Below, in pieces: positions 61,231-64,000 of a DNA stretch of 64,000 bases. The stretch comes from an uncultured Acidobacteriota bacterium (GTDB lineage: Bacteria; Acidobacteriota; Thermoanaerobaculia; Gp7-AA8): assembly GCA_963741955.1 (NCBI GenBank), contig CAVUKB010000010.1, positions 96,001-160,000 of the forward strand, written 5' to 3'. The position numbers and the translations under genes were made by a program. The notes under the pieces are model-generated. The model ran no database searches. It was not told the DNA's origin and saw nothing but the letters and a program-made list of their open reading frames with translations. Each line of letters starts with the position of its first letter. Positions within the stretch are counted from its first letter, which is position 1.

Positions 61231-61422
61231 ATGGACGAACGGCGAGCCCTGACGCTGCGAACGCTTCTCGATCTCGCCGAGGGCTCGTCGCCGACTTCCT
61301 GCTGGGATGATCGTCGAGCCGTGGAGCTGCTGCGGAGCCAGTCGGCGCCGGAGGAGTTGCGGTCGATCGGAGCTGTAGAAGAGATCATCCGATTGATCTG
61401 GCCGGAGGAAGATGGGCGCTGA
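61231..61422 (+). CDS. Small hypothetical protein
   Basis: Fills the gap after ndk and overlaps the next start codon. Confidence 0.45.
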   Translation: MDERRALTLRTLLDLAEGSSPTSCWDDRRAVELLRSQSAPEELRSIGAVEEIIRLIWPEEDGR

Positions 61423-61843
61423 GTTTTCGATCCGGGTGGAGGCACACTTCGAAGCTGCGCATTTTCTGCGGAGCTATCACGGCGTGCCCGAGCCCCTGCA
61501 CGGTCATTCGTACCGGGTGGAAGCCGAGCTGGCGGCGGTGGAGGGAGGAATCGACGCGGAGTCCATCGCGGTCGACTTCATCTCAGCGGAGCGTCATCTG
61601 CAGGAGATCGCGCGGCGTCTCGACTACACCTGCATCAACGACGTGGCCCCCTTCACCGGGCTGAATCCATCCGCAGAGAACATCGCCGCGTGGTTTCATC
61701 GCGAGCTCACGGCTGCAGTCGTCGCGGAGCACGCGGAAGTCCGTGCGGTTGTCTTGTGGGAGGGGCCGTTTCACTCCGTCACGTACCGGCCCGGATCCGC
61801 ACGAGGGACGTCGAGGGAACGAGGAGCGGACGAACGGTCATAA
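61412..61843 (+). CDS. 6-pyruvoyl-tetrahydropterin synthase/QueD family protein (ExxHGH variant)
   Basis: FEAAH, EPLHGHSY, PSAENIA, LWE. Confidence 0.85.
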   Translation: MGAEFSIRVEAHFEAAHFLRSYHGVPEPLHGHSYRVEAELAAVEGGIDAESIAVDFISAERHLQEIARRLDYTCINDVAPFTGLNPSAENIAAWFHRELTAAVVAEHAEVRAVVLWEGPFHSVTYRPGSARGTSRERGADERS

Positions 61844-62323
61844 TTCGGGCTGCGGCTCCTGCAGTCTCGACGTGGTGAGAATGAAGTCGCAGCTCGAGGT
61901 CGCGATCAGCTTCTCGTCCGCATCGTGCATCTCGACGTATCCCACGCAGACCTTCGCACCCTTTTTGATGATGTGAGCGCTGGCGGTAATGCGGCTGCGG
62001 GCGCGTCGCAGGAAATGAATGCCGAGATTCGATGTCGCGAACCCCATCCGCCCATCGAAATTCGTCGACAGTGCGCAGGCCACGGCGGTGTCGGCGAGCA
62101 TCGAGAGCACTCCTCCGTGAATCGCGCCGCCCCCGTTGTCGAATCGCGGGAGGAACGAGATCGCCATCCGGCAGAAGTCGAGATCGAGATCGAGGATCTC
62201 GAAATCGAGGAAGGCGTAGATGGGATGGTCGCGAAACCGGTTGCGAAGACGCTCCGCCAGATCACGAGCCACTAATCCCTTCTGCTCCCGGGCGCGGTGG
62301 CTGGTCAGTTTTCGCTTTTCCAT
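61838..62323 (-). CDS. PaaI family thioesterase
   Basis: NGGGAIHGG..LAD hotdog-fold motif. Confidence 0.88.
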   Translation of the reverse strand: MEKRKLTSHRAREQKGLVARDLAERLRNRFRDHPIYAFLDFEILDLDLDFCRMAISFLPRFDNGGGAIHGGVLSMLADTAVACALSTNFDGRMGFATSNLGIHFLRRARSRITASAHIIKKGAKVCVGYVEMHDADEKLIATSSCDFILTTSRLQEPQPEL

Positions 62324-62412
62324 GGCTTCTCCTTTTCTTCAGCTCCTCGGCTTTGCCGGACCGGGTGCACGATTCTCTTCTTCTCTGCCCCGAACGGGTG
62401 AAAAATACGGGT

Positions 62413-63171
62413 GTGGAAACCGCGCTCGTGATCGGCACCATCGCCTCGGGGTTTCTTCTCGCGACGATCGTGATTGGTGTGGCGTCCTTCTGGCGCCGCC
62501 GATTCGATCGTGGAGAAGGAGCGCCACCTCCGAAGGAGCAGAGCCGCCTGGCCGGGTCCATCTTATTTCAGATCGTCAGGGCAGGAGGGGCGGACAGCGC
62601 CGAGTCGGCGAAGCTGATTCGCGAGGGGACGCTTCACGATCCCGACGGCGGTGAGCGCGCGGACGTCCGTTTGTGGGCGGAGCTTTACCGGGAAATGGTG
62701 AGCGTCGAAGCGCGCAGCGGACTGCTCGACGACGCGGTGCGGCTCGCGGTCGTTCAGAACTCGACCATCCCCGTGGAGCAGTACGACAAGCTGCTCGACC
62801 TCTCGTTCGGTCTCGGATTTCAGACCGACGCGCTTGCCCGTCTCCGGGCGCGATACCGGTTCAGCTACCTGGATCACGCCCACTCCCGTCCGCGGCATGC
62901 TGGAGGGCGGGGGCGTCCGGAGCGGTCATCCGGCAAGCGAAAAGGGGGAGAGTCGTCGGCGCTCGCGACGTTCGGAATTCGCCCGCCGTTCAGCCGTAAA
63001 TCACTGATTTCGCAGTATCGTTCGCTCGCCGCGCAATGCCATCCGGACAAGGTGCACGCGGGGTCTCTCGAGGAGCAGGAGAGCTCGACTCGGAGATTCA
63101 TCGAGATCACGGAAGCGTACGAGATCCTGCTGCCGCTCTGCGAGGAGATTGAAACCGGCGACGAGGCGTGA
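62413..63171 (+). CDS. Membrane-anchored J-domain protein (DjlA-like)
   Basis: N-terminal TM helix; C-terminal YR..A..CHPDK...F.EITEAYE. GTG start approximate. Confidence 0.8.
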   Translation: METALVIGTIASGFLLATIVIGVASFWRRRFDRGEGAPPPKEQSRLAGSILFQIVRAGGADSAESAKLIREGTLHDPDGGERADVRLWAELYREMVSVEARSGLLDDAVRLAVVQNSTIPVEQYDKLLDLSFGLGFQTDALARLRARYRFSYLDHAHSRPRHAGGRGRPERSSGKRKGGESSALATFGIRPPFSRKSLISQYRSLAAQCHPDKVHAGSLEEQESSTRRFIEITEAYEILLPLCEEIETGDEA

Positions 63172-63265
63172 TACTCTTCTGCCGTTGTTGGAATTTCGGA
63201 TGTTTTCAGTTTGTTAACCGCATTCTTCCCGAACGAATCTCCACCCACAGACGTATACTTTGAGG

Positions 63266-63293
63266 TGTAACCTTCTGGTGGACACCGTCGTCT
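63266..63293 (+). promoter_or_regulatory. Putative ECF-type promoter upstream of the sigma factor gene
   Basis: TGTAACC-N16-CGTCT fits the AAC/CGT ECF consensus. Confidence 0.55.
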
Positions 63294-63509
63294 CTATCTC
63301 AGGACACCGGGGCGGCGGAGGATTCGTTCTGACGAAGTGGGCGACTTCAGTTTGTCCGGAAGCCAAACACCACGGAATGAAGAACTTCTGATCGAATTGT
63401 CCGCGCTCGGCAGGGCGCGGAAAACGTCACGTATCAAAGCGGCCACGCGGCACGACTTATGAAGCAAATCTTGGCTGGGGCGGCATACAGGCCGCACCGG
63501 GGAGAGACG

Positions 63510-64000
63510 ATGAAGAGTGCAGAAGCATACGAGCACGAGCAGGGTTGGAACTTCGAAAAAGCGGCGATGCCGTACGTCGACTCCCTGTACAACACGGCCT
63601 ACCGGATGACTCGCAATGCCGAGGACGCCGAAGATCTGGTCCAGGAGACCTATCTGAAGGCGTACAAGTACTACGACAAGTTCGAAGAAGGTACGAATTT
63701 CAAGGCGTGGCTCTTCAAGATCATGAAGAACACGTTCATCAACAACTACCGGAAGAAGAAACTCACTCCGCACAAGATCGACTTCTCGGAGATCGAAGAG
63801 TCGTACGAGCGCGTGATCCAGAAGAGCGCGCCGGATCTGATCAAAGATCCGGAGAGCGAGATCTTCCAGGACATGATGGATGAGGACGTGAAGCGTGCGG
63901 TCGATTCGCTGCCGCACGACTACAAGATGGTCGTGCTTCTCGCCGACATCGAAGGGTTCTCGTACAAAGAGATTGCCGAAATTCTCGACTGCCCGGTCGG
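63510..64000 (+). CDS. ECF sigma factor (SigR/SigH-like), 3' end outside window
   Basis: Absent from the track. MKSAEAYEHEQGWNFEKAAMPYVDSLYNTAYRMTRNAEDAEDLVQETYLKAY...GTNFKAWLFKI...LADIEGFSYKEIAEIL. Confidence 0.92.
   Translation, partial: MKSAEAYEHEQGWNFEKAAMPYVDSLYNTAYRMTRNAEDAEDLVQETYLKAYKYYDKFEEGTNFKAWLFKIMKNTFINNYRKKKLTPHKIDFSEIEESYERVIQKSAPDLIKDPESEIFQDMMDEDVKRAVDSLPHDYKMVVLLADIEGFSYKEIAEILDCPV

Overview
GC-rich bacterial chromosomal window. An Acidobacteriota-like origin is inferred from gene content, not proven. In order it contains: (1) a partial ADP-ribosylglycohydrolase, an RRM protein, MscS and a UbiE-like methyltransferase; (2) a tyrosine/homogentisate catabolic cluster hppD-[~185 bp palindromic element]-hmgA-unknown-fahA with no maiA; (3) msrB-msrA behind an ECF-type promoter, an M61 peptidase, and an exported thioredoxin-TPR gene with an in-frame UGA in its CxxC site (WUHTC, candidate selenoprotein); (4) a more AT-rich islet encoding a bacteriocin-like precursor plus an ABC transporter; (5) a ~20 kb energy-metabolism locus: Ni transporter, hdrC-hdrB-hdrA (HdrL type, 1500 aa)-mvhDGA (group 3c [NiFe]-hydrogenase)-protease, a 1205-aa polytopic membrane protein fused to a nine-heme NapC/NrfH-like cytochrome, a Cys-tailed MarR regulator and hypCDEABF; (6) mostly housekeeping genes (purMN, miaA, comEC, rlmD-like, sucCD, ndk and others), ending in a partial SigR/SigH-like ECF sigma factor. 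No rRNA, tRNA, CRISPR array or transposase was seen. All calls come from motif recognition by eye; no searches were run.
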